From positions 58,375-91,952 of the forward strand of contig NW_005434490.1 in assembly GCF_000315625.1 (NCBI RefSeq): DNA of 33,578 bases. The letters run 5' to 3'. The position numbers were made by a program, and so were the translations under genes. Of the stretch, positions 1 through 11,005 are shown one piece after another. The notes below the pieces were generated by a model that was given only the letters and a program-made list of their open reading frames with translations, was not told where the DNA came from and searched no databases. Source of the stretch: Guillardia theta CCMP2712. Its lineage: Eukaryota > Protista > Cryptophyta. Position 1 is the first letter of the stretch. Every line of letters starts with the position of its first letter.

Positions 1-2895
1 ATGGTAATCTGATGCGTCTTGTGCTTCAGAGATACCTGGGAAGAGTTCGAGTCGGAAGCTACCGAACATGTCTGGAGGCCGTTGCAGACCGCGATGCACT
101 TGTTTCTCTGGGACCGAGCGACAAACTTTGTAATCAGGCTTGCTCGATATGCGATGCTGTGTATAGGAGCAGTGGGGGGGAAGAAACAGGAGAGGACGGG
201 AGGGGAGGGGAGGGAAGAGGACAGGAGAGGAGAGGAGGTTAGGGGAGGGTGGGGGAGAAGGGGAGAGCTCTGCAGAGCAGAGGAGAAGAGGGAGGAGAAG
301 AGAAGAGGAGAGAAAGGAGAAGAGGGAGGAGAAGAGAAGAGGAGAGGAGAAGTCGACAATCTCTTGGCTCGATGTCCCTCAGCTCGATGTGTTTGTTTGC
401 TCTTGTTGTGGCTGACGCTCTTCGTCTGTTTCATGTCAGGGTCGAGACATTCATCGTATTCAACTCTCTCCTCTCATCCTCAAGGCAATCTGGCAAGCCG
501 GATACTGCTCGCACATGTCGGCTGTCTCCTTCCTCCTCATCCCTTCTGCCTCCTGCTCTTCTAGCCTCTTCTCGCCTGCTTCTCTTGCCTGCGGCACCTC
601 GACTTGTTCCTGACGGTCTCCAAGGCTCACTTCCATGTTCATGGACATGCCCTACTCGATTCGCTCTGCCTTCGACGCCGGATTGCGGGCAATTGAGAAG
701 ATCATACTCGGGCGAGTACTTCCTCCTCCTCCACCACCACCTGCTTCTGCTGATGCATTGGCTATCATTTCGCTCCCTCCTTCTCTCCCTCTCTCTCTTC
801 TTGTACTCGTCTTCTCCTTGCTGCTACTCGTTGTTCCCATCAAGAAGCGTCTCCCATTCTTCCTCTGTTGTGTTACTCGTCCTCGCACGATGTGCTTGCG
901 CCTGAGAGTCTCTCGTCAGGGGGAAGCTTGCTGAGTTCACTGCAATGAGGAGGCTGGAAGTCCCAGTCGGTAAAGGCCGAGCTGACACTGAAGATGAGGA
1001 GGAGGGAGGAGGGAGAGCGAGTCGGAAGGGAGGGGGGCAGGGGAGAGGAGGGGACGAGGACGAAGATATGGATGATAATGGGGGAAGTGCAGACGGAGAG
1101 GGAGAGGGGAAGAGACCAGGGCTGATAGGACGATTAGCAGCGGGACCGTACAGTATCGAACGTTTGAAGGAGACTATGACGTGGGATACCAGCACGGGGT
1201 AAGAGGAGGAGAGGGAGGAGGAGGAGGAGGAGGAGGAGGAGGAGGAGGAGGAGGAGGAGGAGGAAGAGGGGAATAGGAGGATGAAGCATGGAGCAGTTAT
1301 TGGATCATGGACGTGGATCCTCAGACTATGTCGCGAACGAGATTAGAGGTCTGTACATATCCGTAACACAATCAAACTGCTCTGCTCTGCTCTGCTCTGC
1401 TCTGCTCTGCTCTGCTCTGCTCTGCTCTGCTCTGCTCTGCCCTCCCTTTCCCTCCTCTCCTCTCTATGCTCGTGCCAACTTCAAGTCCTCGCATTGCTCA
1501 CATCTCCTGTCTGATCGTTTTTACCCATCAGGTCAGCTCCGGCATCGCAACCTTCATGAATGTGCACCCGGATGAGATGCTGGCACGTGTCGGCAACTGC
1601 GACAACCCGATACCACAGTCTCAGCTTGAGTTCTTCGGCAGCATAACATGTACCATGCCTCCCAACCAGCTCCATTTCTCTTCCACCACCACCTCTTCCT
1701 TTTTTTGGTCTCCTGTTCATTTCTCACCTGGACTTGTCGCAGATGAGATCGCTTTCATGCAGTCCTCCAAACTCGTGCGCAACCTCCGCCTCGTTCGCAG
1801 ATGTCCGAAGGTGCGGCTCATGTGGACAGGGAGAGCAAGCAGAGCCTTAGCGGAGGAGGGAGGTCAGAGGCTGACGAGCGAGTCAGAGTGGCAAGCTACT
1901 CGACCCTATGCTTTGTCGATTGACTACAATCAGGGAGAGAGACAGTTTTGGGAGGTGAGGATCGTTTGAGAAGCTTTCTCCTCCATGTCTCCCTCCCCCT
2001 CCACACCTTCTCATCCTCCTCGTCCTCCTCGTCCTCCTCCTCCTCCTTGTCCTCCTCGTCCTCCTTGTCCTCCTCCTTCCTTTCATCCTCGTAGTGATCC
2101 CCAGCCCTGTTTCATGTCCTCCCCTGCCCTCTCCTTACTTCACTTCCCCTCTCCTCCCTCACGTTCATCGCTGCTCCCGCCGAGTGTCGCATCCTCTGCG
2201 TCTGACTCGCTCCTCAGAATGGTCAGAGTGATGAACATCCTTCAACGCCTCACGCCTTCCGACTACGACCAGGAGCTCATGTGCGCTGCCGCATGCTGGA
2301 GGAATGAGGCAGAGGCTGGGCAGAAGGGAAGAGGCTGAACTAGGAAGCGAGCGAAGGGGTCGCATGAGGAGGAAGAGCGCGGGGAAGAGAAGAGTAGAGG
2401 AGGAGGAGGAGAGCGGGGAGGGCAGGGAGCAGGAAAGGAGAGGAGAGGAGAAAAGAGGAGGGCTATGGTGACGATGCTGCAGGACAAAACCCACCACCTG
2501 CCGTCCTCTGCTATGGGTCATCGGGGATCAACGTAATGGAGACGACCTCCTGCAGTCAGCAAACTACGACTACCTCTTCTCGCAAAGCTTTCGTGGCATG
2601 AAGGAGACGATGGAGGTGAAGCCGCCTGTGTCACTGCTGATGCTGTGTTTTGCTGCCTCTGACCTGAGTCGCTTTTCCGTTGATAGCAGCTGATGTCCTC
2701 GCAGGGCCAGCGATCCCTGCTGCGACTACAACGGGAAGTCTCCCAGATCTTCAAGCCCTTTGTCGACTTCGCGGCATTGCAAACTTGAAGGAGCTGGAGC
2801 TGTTCGAGGGCAGGAGTTTATCTACAGATATAGTTCGAGGGCAGGAGTTTATCTACAGATATAGTTCGAGGGCAGGAGTTTATCTACAGATATAG
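1..2895 (+). CDS. Multi-exon hypothetical protein, 5' end outside the window; boundaries approximate
   Basis: Coding-like segments flanked by AG/GT sites between microsatellite-filled introns: DTWEEFESEATEHVWRPLQTAMHLFLWDRATNF (~30-130), AIWQAGYCSH (~485-515), MFMDMPYSIRSAFDAGLRAIEKIIL (~635-710), VSSGIATFMNVHPDEMLARVGNCDNPIPQSQLEFFGSIT (~1532-1650), DEIAFMQSSKLVRNLRLVRRCPK, TKPTTCRPLLWVIGDQRNGDDLL (~2484-2555), and a last exon ~2686-2895. No family confidently recognised. Confidence 0.55.
1378..1440. repeat. (CTCTG)n intronic microsatellite
   Basis: Direct pentanucleotide run. Confidence 0.95.
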
Positions 2896-2920
2896 TTCGA
2901 GGTCAGGAGTTTATCTACAG
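2802..2920 (+). repeat. 31-bp tandem repeat, ~3.8 copies (GTTCGAGGGCAGGAGTTTATCTACAGATATA)
   Basis: Copies start at 2802, 2833, 2864 and 2895; the last is truncated and has one substitution. Confidence 0.95.
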
Positions 2921-3089
2921 GTATGCGTATTCAAGCAAAGAAAAACAGACAAGAACAAGGTCGCTTTATGATACTAGACCCGAACCCCATGCTTACATGC
3001 ACTGAACTTGCAACGGCCGGGCTGCACAAGTACTGTGATGAAAGGATGGGAAGAACTTTGAAAAGAGAGTGAAATAGAGCTTCGGTCTA

Positions 3090-4420
3090 GCTTTGCTCTA
3101 GCTTTGCTATGAATCGTGGAACATCAATGTCAAGCTGTTCACAACCTTCAAGTACAGATAGGATTGAAGTGGTGTACAAATGACATCATCTGGAGATTGT
3201 CGATCCGTTCGTTTCTTTTGCAACAAATCTCTAGCCCTTGTGTAAAGTTTCTGCGCAACAATATTTCTCTCACGAATGGATGCTGCATCTTGTTCTAACG
3301 CGCATAAAAGCAGTTCACGGATGTGCTGGACTGACGCTCATGATAACAAAGCTTTGCTTGTCGTTCTCTTCACGGTCAGCCTTACAGTCCTGAAGAATCC
3401 TGCATTAATCATAGTTTTGTCGATTGCGCAAACGTTCACTCCTTCCGTCAGCATACAAGATTCATTTTTCAAAACTCATCTATCATTCCTGTGCAAACTC
3501 CCGACCTATCATTTCCTTGCAGTTTCATGCGCTGCCTATCATGTTTTTGCAGAGCGGATTTGGATGGCAGAGGAAAAATTCGCAACATGCCGTATGTTTC
3601 AAATGTTACCGGCCGGCCCCAGTGAGAAGTTGGTATTCCTCTCCAATCCCTCGGTAACCAAACCTGGAATGACGGAGTGTGTATTCCTCATGGCGTGAAC
3701 ATTCTGACTAGCAAATGTTGTTCAGCAGGAATCTGTCTGATAAGATGGCGCCTGGATGTGGAGATCATTTCTGTGAAGAAGTTGCTGCGCTCGAATGTTG
3801 AATGCTTGCAAATCTGCATTGTAGCACCCCAGTATTTTTTCAAAACCCCAATGAGCTAAGCTCGCTGATCTCCTGGAGTAATATTCTGATATGTCTCATT
3901 GTTGTTGATAACATGACCATGATTGGAGGTAGCCCAGCGTGCAATATGCTCATACAATGCCTTGTGCTTCTGCTGATGATGCTTTACTTGGATTCAAAGT
4001 CTTTCCAGCTCATGATGCAATGTCCCCTCATTTCCATGTTGAGGAGAAAACAAATCTTGTAGCCCTCTAGTACCTAGACCTATCAACCTGCCTCGTACTT
4101 CAGACATGGATATTACGTAAGTGACAACAATAAAAAATGATTGTCTATAAAATCTGAGATCATTGCATCATCAGTAATGCTTTCTGGGTTGTAGCTGGGA
4201 TTCTGGTTTGTTGCTATTGGAGACAGCGAGTGAATATCACATGCAAGAATGCTGTACGTTTCCTTGGTTGTTGTGGCGTGGGGTTGCTGCTCTGACGATG
4301 CTTTCAGAACGACCGAACTGACTTGTGCTTCATGATGGGATGGAGTTACGCATAGAGCGTGTGACTTGCTCTCGTACAGGGGAGGAGAACACGGTCAACT
4401 CGTCATGAGCGACCTGAATA
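3090..4420 (-). CDS. Possible multi-exon hypothetical gene or degraded gene; approximate limits
   Basis: Open minus-strand stretches with plausible splice sites: LYESKSHAL...ISDFIDNHFLLLSL (~4380-4110), VLEGYKICFLLNMEMRGHCIMSWKDFESK (~4073-3988), VWLPRDWRGIPTSHWGRP, EQDAASIRERNIVAQKLYTRARDLL (~3295-3220). A full model could not be assembled. Confidence 0.35.
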
Positions 4421-5525
4421 AGTCAAGCTGTGCGGGTTAGGTGCAGATTTGTGGATACGGCTGTGTAGTAAAGACTATCTACCAACGCAGATAGTGGAAA
4501 CTTTACACCCAACTCGCTATAATGCACCCGAGCGGCCGGGAAGAGGTTTTACTACCCCAGATTGCTTATACGTGCGAGCTGTGGTAAACAACAATCTGTT
4601 TATTTGACTGAAAAAGAAGGACAAACCGAAGCAAACAAAGGAGGGGGAGGATAGAGCCAACAAATCCGCCTCAATAAAATCTACCGGGTACTGTTTTATA
4701 ACAATTTTAAATTAACATTACGCAAAAAAAAAAAACAGGATGGCCACCAAGGTGTCAGTCGTTGCCGAGGTACCCCCACCCCCACAGATTCCATGGATTC
4801 AGCCACCCCTGTATCAAAATAGCCTTAAATACGGCAGCGGATGTAAATCAACATTGTTTCAAGATTTTGCGCCTGACGACGAGGCTACCCCTGAATTTGA
4901 TGTTACCTGTACCGGTAATGCTACCAACAAATAACCTTAAGGAGACATCCGGGCATCAAATCAGCCTTAATCTCGGTTTCGTTACGTTCAATATTGAAAT
5001 TAACGCAATGTTGCATGATTTAACGTTATTATCTGACTACATTACAACAAATGTTTTAGCTGCTGACCTATAATGGACATTCAGCCCCGATCGGTACCCC
5101 ATGAGGAATATGAATGACCAGAGACTGCTTTCCCTACCGGTCCTTGATGCTTAATTTACTGTCTTTTACAGGGTGGGGTATTCCAGCGCTGGGGTGGGTC
5201 AAGCAGGCTTTGCCCGACAATCTACATTAACCGAGCACGAGGAAGGCGATTCCAACAGTTCCCCTACGCCTCCTACGTCTCCTCCCTCCCTCCCCCTCCT
5301 CCTCCTCTACGTCCTCTCTCTCCTTCCTTGGACTCTCATCAAGAGCATCCAACCTCATCTCTGGAGTTATCCGTGGCTTTCAGTGCTGCCAGAACTAGTC
5401 ACACGGTTTCATTACTCCATTTCCTCTTGACCTCAACTGGAGCTTCAAGTCAGCATAGTCATTGGTCTGCTCTCAAATAAGCAATTCTCCTTCTTCACTG
5501 AACAACTCCTCTTTTGAAAGAAACG

Positions 5526-6029
5526 ATGGAGTCATACGATAAGAACATCTCCGAGATTCCTTTCGCTCTCACTATCTTAGAACCCTCCGATGTCCTCCAC
5601 GGCTTTCCGGAAGACGCGAAATCTTCGGAGGCCTTTGCCGACATTGTGTTTGCAGACCAAGATGAAATGAGCTCGAACGAAGAATGGTCGTGCAACACTA
5701 TGTTCAAGACTGCTTCCTCCAAGGAGACCATGGGAAGCTCCCCGCTTGATGAATGTTTTCTCCACTCCATCGCTAACAGGAAGCGATGCCGAAACTGGAC
5801 AGACACGGACCGAGCAAAGCACAGCATCTACTGCAAGGGAAAGTCCAGGCTGTCCAAGGAGGAGAAATATCACATCATCAAGATGTGGGAGTCCAAGGAC
5901 GACAGCTCGAGCTTGCAGCTCACTCAGTCACAGATCGCAAAGCTCTTCGATAAGAGCAGGTCTGCCATTTCCAAGATCCTCAGCCCCAAGAACGTGGAGA
6001 AGATCAAGCTCGAGTACGAGGCCTCTTAG
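5526..6029 (+). CDS. Intronless protein with C-terminal helix-turn-helix DNA-binding domain (psq/CENP-B N-terminal-like), putative transcription factor
   Basis: Clean ORF from ATG 5526. C-terminus RLSKEEKYHIIKMWE...LTQSQIAKLFDKSRSAISKIL fits the tri-helical HTH pattern (LS.EEK..II / .Q..IA..F..S.S.IS.IL). No DDE domain follows. Confidence 0.7.
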   Translation: MESYDKNISEIPFALTILEPSDVLHGFPEDAKSSEAFADIVFADQDEMSSNEEWSCNTMFKTASSKETMGSSPLDECFLHSIANRKRCRNWTDTDRAKHSIYCKGKSRLSKEEKYHIIKMWESKDDSSSLQLTQSQIAKLFDKSRSAISKILSPKNVEKIKLEYEAS

Positions 6030-6399
6030 ACCAGCCGCTGGTTCTCTCCGCACATCAGCCACATGCTCGCAACTTCAACGACACGAGTATTCCACCACAA
6101 AGCTCCGCCGACAGAGACCATGAAAGATTCACGTGAAATGTCATTTTCAATGGTATTCTTCTTGTAGACACATGACAAGACTTTGATCTCCTTGGAGAGA
6201 TTGAATGCCGTCAGACGCATCAGAAAAAATAGGCTCTGAGCAATATAAATGAAATTTATTCAAATCTCTTGACATGTTTGCTTGTTCATCTCCGATGTGG
6301 TAACCCTTTACCGACATAGATGGCAGCACACATGAGTTGTAAGAGCTTCCGACAGTTTACAGCTTCACAGACTCAACATTATGTACATACAGTCTAGCT

Positions 6400-9300
6400 G
6401 GTTAAACATTTACACGAGAGGGAGGGCGAAGCTCCTTCTAGTTTTCTCCTCCGGCCCCCATGCCTGCTACCTTAGGCCACACCTGCGCGACGTGAGAGAG
6501 GCTACTTGAGATCGCTCACTCACTGAGCTCGCGGAGAGCAGAAGAATGAGATCCTTTCCCTGCCGCTCCATGTCAGTCCCACGTCTCAGTCGCATGTCTC
6601 AGTCGCATGTCTCAGGGAGCAGCCGCGCATCTTGCCTGCCCTGTGTTGGCCATGTCCCTCGTCCCTCGCTGAACTTCCCGTGTCCGTGTCAGGATCGCCT
6701 GAGCTGCTGGTCACCTCGGGCCTCTTCTGCACACATCGCACTCGCCTTGACAAGCTGCGGCAGGTGAGCTCGAGAGCAGCTTGCTGACGGCCAGCTGGAC
6801 TCCTGACGAGCGACCCCCAGAGCGCTTGACAACTGAAACCTTTCAGTCCAGCCATTCCCCAGCACAAGACTCACATGTCCCAAGAGGTCGCATTTCCGGA
6901 TGAGAGTGAGGAGTGGCGACATGTCACGAGCATTGGCGAACCGCTGAGTCTGCTGGTCAGGTGCTGGGCGCAAGATAGCAACAAGTCTCGCTGACCACCA
7001 TCAGGTCGACAGCTCGCAGGTGGATCATACAGCTGCTCCTGGACTGCTTGTAGAGCTGAGAAAGTTTTCAGATCCTCTCCTACTTCACTTCCCATCACCA
7101 TCAGAGTTCGCATCGCGACATGATTCAGCAGAGTCTCAAACTGCACCCCAGCTGGATGGTTTTCTCGTATGATCTAGAGCAAAGTGAGTGTAGGAGACTT
7201 TCCGGCTAGCCCCCAGCTAGTCTTACCTGTATCTGAGCAAAGACGTTGAGAAGATAAAGGGCGCATAAGCCGCTCGGGGTGAAGTGCTGCTGCATGCCTG
7301 ACAAGAGGCGTGAGGGTCGATCGGCGGTCAAAGTCATCCGACAGGTTTCCTCGTCCTCCTCGTCCTCCTGCACTTGAATCATGTCCTTGCGTCACAAGTA
7401 TGAAGCCTACCAGGTGGCACAAGACTCGCGAGCCTCGACTAGCGAGCCCGGCGATGATGGGCGGGGTCTGGGGGGAAGGAGAAGTCAGCGAGCGAGGTCG
7501 GAAGCGAATGCAATCACGTTGTTGGGGTCAGTGGTGGGATCGTCCATCTCCCTGCTCGCACGCGCTCAGACGAGGCAAGAGAAAGTGGCAGAGAGGACTG
7601 ACAGCTTAAGAAGAGCCTCCAGAACGGGGAGACTCCAGCACTTCCTCTGCTCTTCCAGTCAGGCACGAGACAAGAGGAGGAGGATCAGTCTCGACCTGGA
7701 GGGTGTGCTGGTGGCAGAGCTCGAGGACGCAGGCGATGAAGTCTTCCTTCTCGAAGCTGAGGACGAGACGTCAGCTGCTCTCCTCCTGCCCTCCGACCGG
7801 ACCATTGTAGAGCCTCGCCCTTCCCGCTAGGGGTCAGCAGGGAAACCAAGACACCTGAAGCAGCCTCCGCCCTGCAAGGAGGGTCAAAGGTCAAGTGATG
7901 CAGTGGCGGCCTGGAAAGGCAGACCGGCAGGTCTTCTTGCAGCTCTGCTGTGCCACCATCCTGCAGCTGTCAATCTCGACCGGATCTCCGTTCAAGGACG
8001 AAAGAAGCATGCTGACGACACCAGACTCGACCCACATGTTGAGGCGCTCCCTGGACGCACGAGAGTCAGAGGAAGCGACTTATGCTCGTCCACCAGCATC
8101 AGTCCACCTGTCTGCCTGCACTGCTTGCTCAAACATCGCGGAGACGCAGGGCAGCCAGAGCAACTGAGAGGGTCAGGTAAGAGGAGGAGGAGAGAGAGAG
8201 AGAGCAACAGCGTCTGGACCTTGTGCGCACAAGAGATGAAGGAGCGAGTGTCGGCATGAAGAGCTTCAAGGAACTTCACGAGACAAGGCGAGTCGCTCCC
8301 CCCGGAGACAAAGCTGATGCACAGGCGGGACCAAAGCATGCAGTGAAACTCCAGCTGACCCACCAGCTGCTTGTCCTGCTCCCTAGACTCGCTGCCCTGC
8401 TCCACCGTCGCGGTGCAGTATCGGAGGAAGTGCACAACCTTGCGCATGAGAGCCCCGCTGTCTGCGATCGTCTTCATGCAGAAGGAGCCGTACGCGTGAG
8501 GGCCGCAGATCAGCTCGCAGGCAAGAGCAGGGAGGCGATGAAAAGAGTTCATGTGGCTGATCTTGTTCCCTTGGTCGGGGCGAATACACGAGGACTCCGA
8601 GGTTTCAGTCTCGTCCTTGGCCTCCGGAGAGGATAACGATTCCATGCCCAGCATACCTTCGATGAGAAGTTCGACCACCTGCAATGGCGATCAGCAAGAC
8701 AAGATCGAAAAGAGAATTGAGAGCTTACCTCTGCGCTCTGTATGAAAGAAGCAAGATTCTTGCAAAGTTCTCCACTTTGAACTGTTTAGATTCAGTTCTC
8801 AGTGCAAGTACACTTGCAAGACGACGGGACCTCTTGCATAGAAAGCCTCGTCGTCTTCCAGCAATCTCGTCAGGATCTCCTGGCGGGCTCGCTAAGAGGA
8901 TCAAGTGGAAAACAAAAGAGACTTCCAACTGACCAGGCGATCCTGACGAGAATTGAGCTCACCGCGAGAGAGGAGAAGCTCGTCTAGCTGCTGGCACTGC
9001 CAACAAAGTCACCAGCATCACTCGCACAAGTCACCAGCATCACTCGAACAAGTCACCAGCATCACTCAGCAACATGCCCACGTCTCTCTCACCTCGACCC
9101 CGTACCGCGGGCTCTCCTTCCCGATCAATGAAAACTCGTCATAATCCGGCTTTGGCTCGGGATACGATTCATCTTCTCCGCCAAAGTAGTCTTCGCTCTC
9201 CGGCATCACTCGCTTCCTCTCCTTCTGCTCCTCCATGCTCTCCCCGTCACTCCCCAGCGCCGCCTTGGCTGCTCGTCGACTGACCGGAGGGTCAAGGGCC

Positions 9301-10554
9301 CCCGAAGACAAGGAAGGGTCTCACCGAGCATAGACGGCAGACTGACCAGGTGAAAGAAGGTAAGTCCTGGAATCCTGCAGCAGCCGTCTCACGCACGTTC
9401 ACCCGAGCAAGGGAAGGAGCTACTTCAGCTCCATGGTCGTTGGCGAGTGCCAGGGACAGCGGCTGATACCTGCTCACAGTTTGAAAGAGCCGCGAGCACG
9501 ACCAAGTCACGAGTGAGCTGGTCAGGCAAGGACGAGAAATGCGATGCAGACAAGACAAACATGGAGAAGAAGAGACGGAGAGATGGTGAAGTGATTGCAA
9601 AGATCATGAAGACGAAGACAAGTAAGGAGAAGAGAAGATGTAAAGGATAATGCAAAGGTGGTCAACAGAATTGGCGGGACTGGGAAGGAATTCAAAAGAC
9701 AAGATGGCGTGAAGTGAAGGAGAAGGCGGCTGATGCGAAGTAGAATCGCGTGGAGAACAAGAGAACGAGAGAACAAGAGAACGAGAGAACAAGAGAACGA
9801 GAGAACAAGAGATAGAGAGAGCGAGAGGGGAAGTAAGAGAAAGTTTCCTTGACTGCTAACCTGCTCCTCCCACTCCGTCTTGAGCCTGAGAAGGAAGAAG
9901 ATCGTTCACATATCATGGGGAGAGCCTGGGACGAGAAAGCGCCATGCGGCGAGAGCTGGGCCTGACAACTCGCTGCTGTTTCATGGCTGAGGTCAGAGGA
10001 GCAGGCAGATAGCTCCATGGGCTGGCCGAGAGCAGAGCAGCAGCTCGTCTCCGTCTTGTTCTTCTTCTGAGAGCCCCCGCACCTGCTCTGACCCGGAAAG
10101 ATGCTGTGCGGAGCTTCACTGAGCAGCTCGTCCTCCTCCTCGTCAAAGAACATCGGTCCTGAGCTTCCCGCCTTCCTCCGGCTGGAAGGATTGAGAGCAC
10201 GTGAGATTCCTTCCAGGTCCCCTCCTCCCTCCCTCCACCTGCTGGGGGTCGGCGGGGGTACGTCTTCATCACCATCGTCTTCCATGCTCCTCAGGCTAGC
10301 AATGCTCATGAATCATCATCGTTGGCAGGTGTCGCATGATCGGCAGAACACATCATGTGAGATCTCAGATGTGAGGAAGTAGCCTGGTGTCGACAAACAC
10401 AATCAGCCACTAGCACAAATGCACCTCCTCGCCTTGTTCTGCTACTTCCATCCGCTGGCTCTTTGAAGGAATCCCTTCGAACCGTGTGTTTGACCTCATC
10501 CTTCCTACCGTGGACGATGTTGCTACTCACAACGCGTCTTGATCCAGCCATCAT
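6400..10554 (-). CDS. Large multi-exon hypothetical protein; start and stop approximate
   Basis: Series of minus-strand coding-like ORFs (9692-10309, 9066-9311, 8725-8928, 7992-8684, 7174-7422, 6871-7146, 6586-6867) separated by short GT-AG introns. Acidic low-complexity N-terminus and Leu-rich helical remainder. No family recognised. Confidence 0.55.
9006..9067. repeat. 22-bp tandem repeat x~3 (AAGTCACCAGCATCACTCG-AC)
   Basis: Directly visible; probably intronic. Confidence 0.85.
9753..9811. repeat. 16-bp tandem repeat (GAGAACAAGAGAACGA)n
   Basis: Directly visible; probably intronic. Confidence 0.85.
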
Positions 10555-10840
10555 CTTCAGTGTACACTAGGCTTTCGGATCAGCTCAAACCCATCGATTT
10601 GACCGATTTCAACAGCCCCTCTCCCACGAACTCTCAACTCATCTCCTGGCTATCCCATCCGTCATGGCACAAGTTCACGCTCGGAGAAGCATGTTTCTCC
10701 TCCCAACCCTCTCCCATTCCCCCAATCCCTCCCTCGCCTCCACCATTGTCTTTCCCTCCCGCTCTCTTTCATTTTTGTACTTCATCTCCGTTTTCCCTAT
10801 GCACCGTTATATCCGTTACAAATGTCCGGACACCCGGCGG

Positions 10841-10896
10841 CCCGGCAGTGACTGAGGACTCCCGGCACTGACTGAGGACTCCGGGCTACTTATAAA
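10841..10896 (+). promoter_or_regulatory. 20-bp tandem duplication (CCCGGCASTGACTGAGGACT x2) followed by TATAAA in a divergent intergenic region
   Basis: Copies at 10841-10860 and 10861-10880. TATAAA at 10891, ~115 bp upstream of the SET gene ATG. Regulatory role is inference. Confidence 0.35.
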
Positions 10897-11005
10897 CTAG
10901 GGAGGAAGAGGGGAGGAGGAGGAGGAGGAGGAGAAGGAGGAGGAGAAGGAGGAGGAGGAGGAGAGACTGATCTGATCGAGCTCGCTTCCTTTCATTTCAA
11001 GCACG

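Noticed and set aside
2802-2920. 31-bp repeats as a CRISPR array
   Set aside because: Copies are head-to-tail with no unique spacers, there are no cas genes, and the context is eukaryotic.
5514-6029. HTH ORF as an active pogo/Tigger transposase
   Set aside because: No DDE domain or TIRs seen; the ORF ends right after the HTH.
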